From assembly GCA_021797815.1 (NCBI GenBank), contig JAJZYZ010000001.1:35973-99972 (forward strand): a DNA stretch of 64,000 bases, given 5' to 3'. This document shows, piece after piece, positions 1 through 8,893 of this stretch. Each line of letters begins with the position of its first letter. The stretch's first letter is position 1. The notes under the pieces are model-generated. The model saw nothing but the letters and a program-made list of their open reading frames with translations, searched no databases and was not told the DNA's origin. The position numbers and the translations under genes were made by a program. This stretch comes from Bacillota bacterium (GTDB lineage: Bacteria; Bacillota; Sulfobacillia; Sulfobacillales; JAIMBI01).

Positions 1-146
1 GGCGTGAGTGCCGGACATGCCGAACAGCGGGAACACCTGGGCTTTGATGGTGCTGTAATCAATGTCCGAGTCCGCCCGAGGCTCCACCGGCCGCTCCCCG
101 ATCCAGCCGGCCACTCCCGCCGCCTGTCAACCTTCCTGTTAGTCTG

Positions 147-671
147 TCACCGCAGCGACACGCTGTCTTCGTCGGCACCCGGCACACCCATCCCTGAATC
201 GAGAAGGTGAGTCCGATTCACGTGCAGCGCCGAGTAAAGCGCGTGTAAGTATGCTCGGGCCGATTGCACGACGGCGTGACCGTCCACCAGTACGAGGGGG
301 TTTTTGGCTCCCCCCTGGCCGGTATCGATGATCGTGACCAAAGTCTTTTTACCCTTCGTCACCACCACCGTGAGGCGAGGCCCCCAGCCCTGAGCCGGCT
401 CGCCGTTGGTGACCCACGGGATTGACGCCAGCTTGAGAGCCCGACTATCAGCCAGCAGCTTGCGGACCAGGGCCCGGTTCGTGAGGCGCTTCACGTACGG
501 GGTCGGGGTGCCGGCGCCGTCCCACGTGGTCCGGGTGGCGGTGAGAACGAGGGTGGCGGGCAAAGCTTTGGGCAGCTGGCGTTTGATTGCGGGCCCTGAC
601 CCGAACCAGGAGACCGCCGCAGCCAGCATAAGCGCAAGAACACCCAGTCCCAGAACGCTCCGGATGGTCAT
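147..671 (-). CDS. Hypothetical secreted/membrane-anchored protein
   Basis: 174-aa ORF with an N-terminal hydrophobic signal-like stretch (LGLGVLALMLAAAVSWFG) and a GAGGAG RBS upstream; no family recognised. Confidence 0.6.
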   Translation of the reverse strand: MTIRSVLGLGVLALMLAAAVSWFGSGPAIKRQLPKALPATLVLTATRTTWDGAGTPTPYVKRLTNRALVRKLLADSRALKLASIPWVTNGEPAQGWGPRLTVVVTKGKKTLVTIIDTGQGGAKNPLVLVDGHAVVQSARAYLHALYSALHVNRTHLLDSGMGVPGADEDSVSLR

Positions 672-1272
672 GCCGAGTCATCTCCTCGGATCGGTCCAGC
701 GACCGCAAACGTAGTGCGGCCTAAAAGCCATGACGTGAGCAGCGCCGAGGTTCCTCAAGATGGCCACGCGATCTACCGATGGGGACTCTTATGGTCATGA
801 TAGTCTCGTGCGCAATCGGAATCCATGGCCCCCGCCGGTTGCTCCTCTTTCAGGCGGGTCGACAACGCGGACTCGTTGCAGCGGCGCCGTCCCAGAGGCG
901 ATTCCCTGAATGGGCCGGGCGAAGCCGAGACGCGCCGAGGGTAGACGACGCCGGCTGACCGCCCCGGTGGTGTGCCGCCGCCCGAGCGCCCCCGCCGGGC
1001 TCCAAATGTGGTGGCGGGCATGGCGGCGCCCCCTCGCTGGTCCCGGAAGGGCGTGATACGCTGCCTCATGCTCCGGGATCCGTCCCCATGCAGAGCTGAA
1101 CCATGGTGGCACGCCGGTGCGGCGCCTTGCCCGCGGCCGCCGCCACGGGTGCCCGTTCGGCTCCATTCCTGCCTTATACTTATTAGATGATTCGCATCAA
1201 GCCCCCGGGGGAAGGACACCGCCCTTGAGAGCGGCCCGCCCGGACTTTGGTTTCCGAGGAGGTCCCTGGCGC

Positions 1273-2205
1273 ATGATCGTTCGGAAGTACTATCAGCCCG
1301 ATGCCCCTGACCCGGTTCTGTCCAACGACTTGGTGATAAGCCTGGCCCGTCGCCATCTGCCTTCACTGGAGGCCGTCACCGGCATCGACGAGACCGGCGG
1401 CGAGGCGCGCGTCTACTTCCTGGATCGGGACTACGTGTTCAAGGTGCAGCGGCCCCAGCAGCTTCGCTCCTGGACCAGCCTCGCCAAGGAAGTTCGGTTC
1501 TTGCAGCAGATTGAGCTGGACGACCCGGAGCTTCCTATCCCGCGCGTCGAGGGGTATGGCCGCGAGGGTGATGTGGAATACATACTCATGACTCGCATGG
1601 GCGGTGATGCCGCTGTCCGCACGCCGATTCCCGAGGCTGCCCGCAAACCGGCCCTGGAAGCGCTCGGACGGGTGGTCCGCCGCATTCACGCAATCCAGCA
1701 GGAGCCGATCCGGGCCTCGGGGCTCTTTCCCGAGGAGCACACGCCGGAGGACCTCCGAGCAGGGGTGGCGGAGGATGTGGAGGAGTATGCGGAACTCTTC
1801 CAGAAACGGGGCATCGGCTGGCCGTTTCCGTTCTCGCCGACCGACCTTATCGCCCGGGCCCAGGCCGAGGTTCCGGATGAGTCGCCGGCCGTCGCACTCC
1901 ACACCAACCCCGGTCCCACCCATACTTTCGTGGACCCGGCGACGGGCGCCTTTGTCGGTCTCATTGACTTCGGCGACGCCTACATCGGGCACCCGGCGCA
2001 CGATCTCGGCCGCTGGCCCGATCCTCGCGACAGGGCGGCGGTCCTCTCCGGTTACCGGGCAGCCGGGGAACCGGAACCCGGCTTCTTCGCGTTCTGGCCG
2101 GTCGCGACCGTGCTGGCAGACCTTCTGGTCATGTACCGCAACGAGAAGATACGCGCCGCGGCGCAAGAAGATCTGATCGGCATTGTGGAGGGCTGGACCC
2201 GCTGA
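1273..2205 (+). CDS. Aminoglycoside phosphotransferase (APH/choline kinase-like) family protein with atypical catalytic loop
   Basis: ATG 1273 after GAGGAGG. YVFKV (Lys), KEVRFL (Glu), PIPRV and GLIDFGDA motifs present; catalytic loop reads HTNPGPTH instead of HGDxxxxN. Stop overlaps the next ATG (TGATG). Confidence 0.85.
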   Translation: MIVRKYYQPDAPDPVLSNDLVISLARRHLPSLEAVTGIDETGGEARVYFLDRDYVFKVQRPQQLRSWTSLAKEVRFLQQIELDDPELPIPRVEGYGREGDVEYILMTRMGGDAAVRTPIPEAARKPALEALGRVVRRIHAIQQEPIRASGLFPEEHTPEDLRAGVAEDVEEYAELFQKRGIGWPFPFSPTDLIARAQAEVPDESPAVALHTNPGPTHTFVDPATGAFVGLIDFGDAYIGHPAHDLGRWPDPRDRAAVLSGYRAAGEPEPGFFAFWPVATVLADLLVMYRNEKIRAAAQEDLIGIVEGWTR

Positions 2206-3275
2206 TGGAAGAAGGACCCGCCGTCAGTCTGCAAGCGGTGGGCAAAGTCTACCCCGGCGTGGAGATGTCGCTCCGCGGCACCAAGCTTGAAACGCTGGGC
2301 CCGGTGCTGTGGGCGAGAAACGCCATCCGCGCCGCCCGCCTCACCATCGAGCACGCTCCACCGGTGACAGCGCTGGTTGACGTGAATCTGAGCGTGGCCC
2401 GGGGCGAGGTTCTCGGGGTCCTGGGTCCGAACGGGTCGGGGAAGACGACGCTTATCAAGATCGTGGCGGGTCTGCTGCGGCCCAGCACGGGCGATGGCAT
2501 GGTGGCCGGGTACCCACTCACGGCGTCCGACGCCATCCGCCGGCGTGTCTCTTATGTGTCCACGACCGGCTGGATGGGACTCGAGTGGGCGCTTTCGGCC
2601 CGGGACAATCTCCGGTTCTTCGCGGAGCTTTCGGGGATGTCCCCGGCACTTGCGCGCCGGCGGACCGACGAGGTGCTCAGGGCCCTCGACCTTGAGGAGG
2701 ACGCCTTCAAGCTCACGTCAGAGCTTTCCAACGGGATGCGCCAGCGCCTCATCATGGCCCGGGCACTTTTGTGGCGAACGCCGCTGGTGCTTCTTGACGA
2801 GCCCTTCGTGGGACTCGATCCGGGGCACCGGCAGGCGCTTTCCGACTATATCCGGCGGGAGCTTCCGGCACTGGGCCAGACGGTGGTTATCTCGGACCAC
2901 CAGGCCGAGGTGGTGGAGAGCGTGGCCGACCGGGTGCTGATTCTGGAGGGAGGTCATGTGCGCGCGCTCGGCACGGTGGCCGACATCATGCGGAGCCTCG
3001 CCGGCCTCATCGTTCTCGAGGTGGTGACGGAGCTGTCTGACACGCCGACACTCTTGCCACCGCCTCTCGTGCACCGGGTGGAGCGGCGTCTCCGGCCGGG
3101 GCCGCTGGGTCTGGTTCACTGGCGTCTCACCGTGGAACAGGGTCCGTCGACCTTCTCGGCCGTGCTGGCGTGGCTGTCAAGCGCCGGCGGGCGGATCGTG
3201 GAAGTGGAAGAACGGCGTCCGGGCCTGCAGGACGTGATGGCGGACAGCACCGTCCTGGCTGCGGAGGGGGCGTGA
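2205..3275 (+). CDS. ABC transporter ATP-binding protein (exporter type)
   Basis: Walker A GPNGSGKTT, signature LSNGMRQR, Walker B LLDEP. Confidence 0.92.
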   Translation: MEEGPAVSLQAVGKVYPGVEMSLRGTKLETLGPVLWARNAIRAARLTIEHAPPVTALVDVNLSVARGEVLGVLGPNGSGKTTLIKIVAGLLRPSTGDGMVAGYPLTASDAIRRRVSYVSTTGWMGLEWALSARDNLRFFAELSGMSPALARRRTDEVLRALDLEEDAFKLTSELSNGMRQRLIMARALLWRTPLVLLDEPFVGLDPGHRQALSDYIRRELPALGQTVVISDHQAEVVESVADRVLILEGGHVRALGTVADIMRSLAGLIVLEVVTELSDTPTLLPPPLVHRVERRLRPGPLGLVHWRLTVEQGPSTFSAVLAWLSSAGGRIVEVEERRPGLQDVMADSTVLAAEGA

Positions 3276-3276
3276 A

Positions 3277-4185
3277 ATGACTACACCGGCGCCCCGACGG
3301 GCAGTGCGCGCGCTGTGGCGGCAGACGGCGGCCTTCGGCGCGTTTACGCTCCGGGAATATCGCATCTGGCAGTCCTACCGGGTGAACCAGATCATGTGGC
3401 TCACCAACATCTTCGTGACCACCCTCCTCTTTTTCCTCATGGGGCGGATGCTGACCGCCTCGGATGCGCATCTCATGGGCGCGGCGTATGGCACCAATTA
3501 CATGTCGTTCGTGGTGGTCGGGATTGCGGTCAACACGTTCTTGTTTACCAACCTGGCGGATCCCTACACCCGTATCCAGCGAAGCTACTTCAACGGGACC
3601 ATGGATCTATTCTTGCTGAGCCCCATGTCCATCTACATGCCGCTCGTGGGGCTCATGACCAAGTCACTCCTCGACGACTATCCCAGATTGTTTATCGTGG
3701 GAGCATTCGGCATGCTCCTGTTCGGGGCGCAGTTTCGTTTCCAGTTCTCACTGGCTGCCCTCGGAATCACGGTCCTTCTGCTGGCGGCGGCCTTCGGCAT
3801 CGGCGCCATCAGCGCCAGTTCGTTCTATCTGCTGAACATCAAGCGCGGCACCGAGCCGGTCCGCTTCATCGTGCAGCAGCTCCTGGCCACCCTTCTGGCC
3901 GGCACCTACTATCCCATCACGGTGCTGCCGCGTCCGCTGCAGTGGGTCGCCTGCTTCATTCCGCACACTTACGCCTTTGACGCGCTCCGGCGGCTTCTGG
4001 ATCCGGGAGCGCACATGGCGGTCCCGGTCCTGCCCGTGCAGCGCATCCTCCCCTGGTCTCCGCTGACCGTCGACGCGGTCGCGCTCGGCCTCATGACGGC
4101 CATCCTGCTGCCGCTCGGCTTCTTCCTGTACGGGCGGGGCATCGAGAAAGCGCGGCGCGAAGGGACCCTCACACGATGGCAGTAA
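3277..4185 (+). CDS. ABC-2 type transporter permease
   Basis: Six hydrophobic segments and an ABC-2 style YYPITVLPRPLQWVA...PHTYAFDALR motif; lies between ATPase genes. Confidence 0.9.
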   Translation: MTTPAPRRAVRALWRQTAAFGAFTLREYRIWQSYRVNQIMWLTNIFVTTLLFFLMGRMLTASDAHLMGAAYGTNYMSFVVVGIAVNTFLFTNLADPYTRIQRSYFNGTMDLFLLSPMSIYMPLVGLMTKSLLDDYPRLFIVGAFGMLLFGAQFRFQFSLAALGITVLLLAAAFGIGAISASSFYLLNIKRGTEPVRFIVQQLLATLLAGTYYPITVLPRPLQWVACFIPHTYAFDALRRLLDPGAHMAVPVLPVQRILPWSPLTVDAVALGLMTAILLPLGFFLYGRGIEKARREGTLTRWQ

Positions 4186-5153
4186 TTGACGTCGCGGGAC
4201 TCACCAAGAAGTATGGCGGGCGGCGTCAGACGGCCGCCCTCACCAGCGTGAATCTTCGAGTCCAAGAAGGGGCCGTGCTCGGCCTTCTCGGCGAGAACGG
4301 CGCCGGCAAGACCACCCTCATCAAGATTTTGGCCGGTCTTCTGGTCCCGGACCTGGGCGGTGGCCGGGTGCTCGGATTCGACCTGGTGCGCGAGTCACGG
4401 GCCATCCGGGCCTCGGTCAGCCTGGTCGCGCCGACGGCCGACGTGGGACTCGACAATAACCTGACCGTGCGCCAGAATCTCGTCTTCTGGGCCCCCATCT
4501 ACGGCCTTTACGGGGCGCATGCGCGCCGGCGCATCGACGAGCTCCTTGAACGGCTTGGTCTCCGGGATAAGGAGCACGCCTGGCCGATGCATATATCGGC
4601 CGGCCAGCGGCAGCGGCTGGCGCTGGCCCGCTCGCTGCTGGCGGAGAATCGGCTGGTGTTCCTGGACGAGCCCACCAACAAGCTGGACGCCGAGGGGGTT
4701 CGCTCCGTGCGCACCCTTATCGCCGATCTGAACCGGCAGCATGGAGTCACGATTGTCCTCACCACCCACGTGATGGAGGAGGCGGAAGAACTCTGCACGG
4801 AGATTGCCCTCCTCCACGCGGGCATTCTCATCCGGCACGAGGAGACGCGGGCTCTGGTCCGCTCCCTGAACGAGGAGCGGCCCATCGTGGTGGAAATTGC
4901 GGAGGGGTCGAGCGTGGCGGTGCCGCTGGCCGACTCCTTCCCGGCGGCGGTGCGCGTCGAGGCTCACCCGGCTCCGGGGGGATCCGGGCTCGCGCTTACC
5001 ATCTGGTCACGGGACATACCGGCCACGACCCCGGCCGTCGTGGAGTTCATGCGCCGAGAGGGCCTCGAGGTGCGTCGCATGACCAGTGAGCGTCTCACCC
5101 TGGACGACGTGTTCCGGCTGGCCGCGCGGCCGGTGGAGGAGGACGCGCGATGA
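4176..5153 (+). CDS. ABC transporter ATP-binding protein
   Basis: Walker A GENGAGKTT, signature ISAGQRQR, Walker B FLDEP, H-loop LTTH. Confidence 0.93.
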   Translation: MAVIDVAGLTKKYGGRRQTAALTSVNLRVQEGAVLGLLGENGAGKTTLIKILAGLLVPDLGGGRVLGFDLVRESRAIRASVSLVAPTADVGLDNNLTVRQNLVFWAPIYGLYGAHARRRIDELLERLGLRDKEHAWPMHISAGQRQRLALARSLLAENRLVFLDEPTNKLDAEGVRSVRTLIADLNRQHGVTIVLTTHVMEEAEELCTEIALLHAGILIRHEETRALVRSLNEERPIVVEIAEGSSVAVPLADSFPAAVRVEAHPAPGGSGLALTIWSRDIPATTPAVVEFMRREGLEVRRMTSERLTLDDVFRLAARPVEEDAR

Positions 5154-6025
5154 CGGTGGACCGATTCGCGGGCTTCGAAGCCCAGCCGAAGTCCGTTCTG
5201 GGATTCCTCCGCGCGACCCGCGCCGCCGCGTGGGTAGAGTACCGAACCCTGCGCCTCTACCCCGCGAATCTGTGGCTAGCGGCGGCGCAGCAGCTCACGA
5301 CCGTGGGTGTCTGGTACTTTGTGGCCCTCTTTTTGAGTCCTGCCGCCAACAGTGCCGTGGGTCGCTATGGCGGTCACTATGTGGCGTACGTGCTGGTGGG
5401 GGTTCTCTTGAACCAGGTGGCGCTTGCCACCCTCCAATCGCCCTTTACGACCCTGTCGGAGGCGTTTTGGGACAAGCGTCTGGAGACCTATCGTCTGGCG
5501 GCGGCCGGCATCTGGGCAAATCTTGTCGGCCGTCTCCTATGGCTCGCGGTGTTCTCCACCGTGTGGCAGGCGGCGGCCATGGTGGTGCTGGTGCTGGGCG
5601 GGGCCATCCGGCTCGCGCACGGACTCCCCGTGGGGGCGGTCGTGCTGGTCTGGGTGCTTCTCGTGGCGGCCAATGCCGGCATCGGGCTCATGGGGGGCAG
5701 TCTCTTCTTCCTGCTGGAGGTGAAGAACGGCCGCGACCCGATCACGTGGGTGTATCAATACCTCATTCAGATTGTCTCCGGCCTCTACATCCCGCTGTCG
5801 GTGCTCCCGCACTGGCTTTCCGCCATCGGCCGCGGACTTCCTCAGACGTATGCCTTCTCGGCCATGCGGCTTCTGGTGCTGACCAACGTACGCGGCGCGC
5901 AGGTGACGAGGCTTCTCGTGCCGCTCGGCATCGAGGCCGCGCTGCTGATCCTGGTCAGTATCGTCATGATTGCGTGGGCGCTTCGACGGGCCGAGCGCAT
6001 TGCGGGACTGGGCGTGGTGGTGTAG
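5150..6025 (+). CDS. ABC-2 type transporter permease
   Basis: Multiple TM segments, SGLYIPLSVLPHWL...PQTYAFSAMR motif; ATGA overlap with the upstream ATPase. Confidence 0.9.
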   Translation: MTVDRFAGFEAQPKSVLGFLRATRAAAWVEYRTLRLYPANLWLAAAQQLTTVGVWYFVALFLSPAANSAVGRYGGHYVAYVLVGVLLNQVALATLQSPFTTLSEAFWDKRLETYRLAAAGIWANLVGRLLWLAVFSTVWQAAAMVVLVLGGAIRLAHGLPVGAVVLVWVLLVAANAGIGLMGGSLFFLLEVKNGRDPITWVYQYLIQIVSGLYIPLSVLPHWLSAIGRGLPQTYAFSAMRLLVLTNVRGAQVTRLLVPLGIEAALLILVSIVMIAWALRRAERIAGLGVVV

Positions 6026-6040
6026 CAGATCCAGGATCCG

Positions 6041-6068
6041 GGACCGCCGCACCGAGGAGCGGCGGTCC
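6041..6068. terminator. GC-rich hairpin between convergent genes (probable bidirectional terminator)
   Basis: Perfect 10-bp stem GGACCGCCGC (6041-6050) / GCGGCGGTCC (6059-6068) with 8-nt loop, between stops at 6025 and 6080; no U-tract. Confidence 0.55.
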
Positions 6069-6079
6069 GGGATCATCGA

Positions 6080-6589
6080 TCAGGGGTTCATCATGGTAGG
6101 CGAGGTGATGAACCAGCCCACCTTGTCGGTGGCGATCTCGTGGGTCAGATGGCTGCCATTAATCATGAGCGTGGTGGAGTTCAGCGCGGACGCGCCGGTC
6201 GAGGGGACGTAGTTGTAGTACTGACTCGCAGACGTCACGGCAGGGTCGTTCAGGGAGAAGAGCACCTTCCCAAAGGTCGTCGGACCCGCTCCGCCCGAGG
6301 GTGTCGTGACATTAAACATGAAGTCGAAGATAACCTGCTGACCGGCGGGCGCGACAAAGTTGGCTGTCGGGCCCTCCATCACGCTGAAGATGACGGGCGT
6401 GGAAAACGTGCCGGCCGGAATCGTCACGGTAGCGGTCTGAAAATGGATCACGGTGGTGTGGGACGGCGACACCATCTGGGAGGCCACAACGGTCGGGTAA
6501 GGGGCCGAGGCGGCCAGCGCGGTCCCGGCGCCCAGCACCAGGCCCCCGGCCGCGAGAGCCGTCGCGGCTTTCACGAAAACAGACTGCAT
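6080..6589 (-). CDS. Hypothetical secreted beta-rich protein
   Basis: Signal peptide MQSVFVKAATALAAGGLVLGAGTALA (AxA cleavage); AGGAGG 8 nt upstream of ATG 6589; divergent from the ECF sigma gene. Confidence 0.8.
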   Translation of the reverse strand: MQSVFVKAATALAAGGLVLGAGTALAASAPYPTVVASQMVSPSHTTVIHFQTATVTIPAGTFSTPVIFSVMEGPTANFVAPAGQQVIFDFMFNVTTPSGGAGPTTFGKVLFSLNDPAVTSASQYYNYVPSTGASALNSTTLMINGSHLTHEIATDKVGWFITSPTMMNP

Positions 6590-6656
6590 GTGCATATCCT
6601 CCTGTCCTCCTGCGGGCAAATCTCTTTCGAAGTGTGAGCTTTATGCCCGTATGGGT

Positions 6657-6683
6657 ATTCGCGGGGGATGGCGTCCTGGATTC
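6657..6683 (-). promoter_or_regulatory. Candidate SigK/ECF-type promoter for the secreted protein
   Basis: Minus strand GAATCC-N16-CGAAT, resembling the mycobacterial SigK consensus (CCATCC-N15-CCGAA) at equivalent spacing; adjacent to a SigK/RskA-like pair. Confidence 0.45.
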
Positions 6684-6751
6684 AACCGGTCATAATGACA
6701 GAAGATTCGCCAGATCGACGATCGTTTTGTCAACGCGGATGCCCGGAGGGT

Positions 6752-7318
6752 ATGACGACTCCATCAGACGAAGAGCTCCTTCATCACGCTCGGGAAGATG
6801 AAGACGCCATCGAGGAACTGTATCGGCGCTGGGCTCCCCGCGTGGCCGGCCTGGCGCGGGCAGCCGGGGTTTTGGAAGGCGATCGGGCCGATGTGGTCCA
6901 ACGCGTCTTCACGGAACTATGGCGGCATGCGCGGCGGTTTGACCCCGCACGCGGGAGCGCTGAAACCTGGATCCTGACCCTGGCCCGCCGTCGGGTCATC
7001 GATGCGCTGAGGATCCGCGGCGGTCGGACCGACTCGGTCCTGGACGAATCGGACGGGACCGCTTCCGACGCCGACCGGGCCCACTCTCCCGACGCTGAGT
7101 CGGCGGTGGACGATCGGGCCTGGCTTTCCGCCAGTCTTGCCCAGCTCAGCGACCGGGAGCGGCATCTTTTGGAGCTCGAGTACTGGGGAGGCTTCACGCA
7201 GGGCGAACTGGCGCGCATGTGGAAAGTGCCGCTGGGGACGCTTAAGACCTGGAACCGGCGGGCGCTTGGGAAGCTTCGGACCGTCATGGTCGACAGTGAT
7301 GCGGGAGGTGGCGTGTGA
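6752..7318 (+). CDS. ECF RNA polymerase sigma factor (SigK-like)
   Basis: Region 2 (DVVQRVFTELWRHARRFDPARGSAETWILTLARRRVID) and region 4 (YWGGFTQGELARMWKVPLGTLKT); ATG 6752 after GGAGG. Confidence 0.92.
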   Translation: MTTPSDEELLHHAREDEDAIEELYRRWAPRVAGLARAAGVLEGDRADVVQRVFTELWRHARRFDPARGSAETWILTLARRRVIDALRIRGGRTDSVLDESDGTASDADRAHSPDAESAVDDRAWLSASLAQLSDRERHLLELEYWGGFTQGELARMWKVPLGTLKTWNRRALGKLRTVMVDSDAGGGV

Positions 7319-7983
7319 ACGGGGCGGTGCATCCCGAGGAAGCTGAGCTTCTCGCAAGCGGTCGGCGCTGGCGCGGGCCTGCGGACGGGACCGGTCGGCA
7401 CCTGCAAGGGTGTGCCGAATGCCAGGAGCGTCTGGCCGAGATTGAGCGGCGGCTTCCGACGAGGGCGCCGGAAGCGCCGGCACCCTCCTGGAGGACGTTC
7501 GCCGCGTCGGTACGGGTCCGTCGCCGTCGCATAATCCGGTCATGGGCGGTCGTGGCCGCCGCCGTGCTCGGGGTTCTGGTGCTCTTGCCGAAGCTTGGCC
7601 CCACGACCGCTCCCTGGGGCTATGATGTGGCCCTCATGTGGGTTAACGGGCAGGGGACGACGCTTAGTCCCGTGTCTGCCTCGGGGGGGCGGGTGCGTCT
7701 GCACATCGATCGATCCACTGGCTGGGCGCATCTCGTGGGCGTGGGTCTGCCGGCCCTGGCACCCGGGCAGGTATATGAGGTGTGGTGGATTCGGGGGACG
7801 CGGCACCTGCCGGCCGGCGTCTTCGTGCCGTCCGGCAACGGTTCAGCCTCCCTGTGGATGCAGTCACCGGACCACTTCACGGCGGTCGTCGCCGTCGGCA
7901 TCACCCGGGAGCCGGCCCCGGGCACCACGCAGCCAAGCGGACCCCGCCAGTACGCCGGGCGCCTGGTCGCGCGCCCGGACTGA
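7315..7983 (+). CDS. Anti-sigma factor, RskA-like (ZAS motif, TM helix, RskA C-terminal domain)
   Basis: HLQGCAEC zinc motif, one TM helix, GLPALAPGQVYEVWWI...PAGVF...VGITREPAPGTTQPSGP; GTGA overlap with the sigma gene. Confidence 0.88.
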   Translation: MNGAVHPEEAELLASGRRWRGPADGTGRHLQGCAECQERLAEIERRLPTRAPEAPAPSWRTFAASVRVRRRRIIRSWAVVAAAVLGVLVLLPKLGPTTAPWGYDVALMWVNGQGTTLSPVSASGGRVRLHIDRSTGWAHLVGVGLPALAPGQVYEVWWIRGTRHLPAGVFVPSGNGSASLWMQSPDHFTAVVAVGITREPAPGTTQPSGPRQYAGRLVARPD

Positions 7984-8044
7984 AATTCCGCCAACGCTCC
8001 GCAAATCTATCCCCGGAGCCTTGCCGGGCGTGCGACTGCCGCGG

Positions 8045-8554
8045 CTAGAGCTTTCGCGTCCGGACCCGGCGCTGCCCTTTTTTCAAGGTCGCCCGGGAAG
8101 GTACGACCGAAATGGTGCCGTCGGTCTCCAGAACGGCCAGCGACACCTCCGACACATCGCTAAATCCATGCTCGCGAAGCGCCATGAGGCAGTCATCGTT
8201 ATCCAGCTCTTCTCGACGGAGCGCATCCTGGAGCCAGTGCCCGTCCCGCGCGATGATGGTGGCGTTTCCCTCGACCAGCTTTCGGAAAAACGGGCTGTGG
8301 GGCCTCAACACGGCGATGGCGCGGTTCAGAACGAACAGGGTGGCAATGATGATGAGCCCACCGGTCACGGAGCTGTCGGGACCGGTCATAGCCGGTTGCA
8401 CGGCGTTGGCCACCAGCAGCACCAGGACCAAATCAAACAGCGTAAACTGCCCCACCTCGCGCTTGCCGAAGAAACGGAGGCCGGTCCAGAGTGCCAGATA
8501 GATAATGGCCGAGCGAGCCGCAATCTCTATCGCTGGAATCGCCAAGTGCCACAT
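8045..8554 (-). CDS. DUF421/YetF family membrane protein
   Basis: GKREVGQFTLFDLVLVLLVANAV and LREHG...AVLETDGTISV motifs. Confidence 0.88.
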   Translation of the reverse strand: MWHLAIPAIEIAARSAIIYLALWTGLRFFGKREVGQFTLFDLVLVLLVANAVQPAMTGPDSSVTGGLIIIATLFVLNRAIAVLRPHSPFFRKLVEGNATIIARDGHWLQDALRREELDNDDCLMALREHGFSDVSEVSLAVLETDGTISVVPSRATLKKGQRRVRTRKL

Positions 8555-8893
8555 GCGCCTGCCCCCTCCTGATGTTTTCGGCCACTCTTTCGGAATCGGC
8601 CGGGAGCACCCCTGCCGCGCGAGCGCCGCCTATCGTAATCATGCGTGCTGGCTTTCCGGCCGCCCGGCTCTGCATCCTTTTTCGCGCGCCTGTATCACGC
8701 GCGCCGTCGTATCCGTCATGATTCATGGGCGACTGGGTTGAACGCGGTTCATGTCCACGCGTGACACACCCGGTGGTCAGGCGCGGTGGGGCGCCGACAT
8801 CCCTCCCAATTTCGGAGAGGACAGAAACGCGCCGGGCGTATAGCATGGAGGCGGGCCCGGGCGTGTGACCGCGGCCGACAGGGAGTGACAGCA

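Noticed and set aside
773-1366. Overlapping ORFs (773-1366, 795-1166, 972-1190) in the gap before the APH gene
   Set aside because: Arg/Gly/Pro-rich, no motifs and no convincing RBS; typical high-GC spurious frames.
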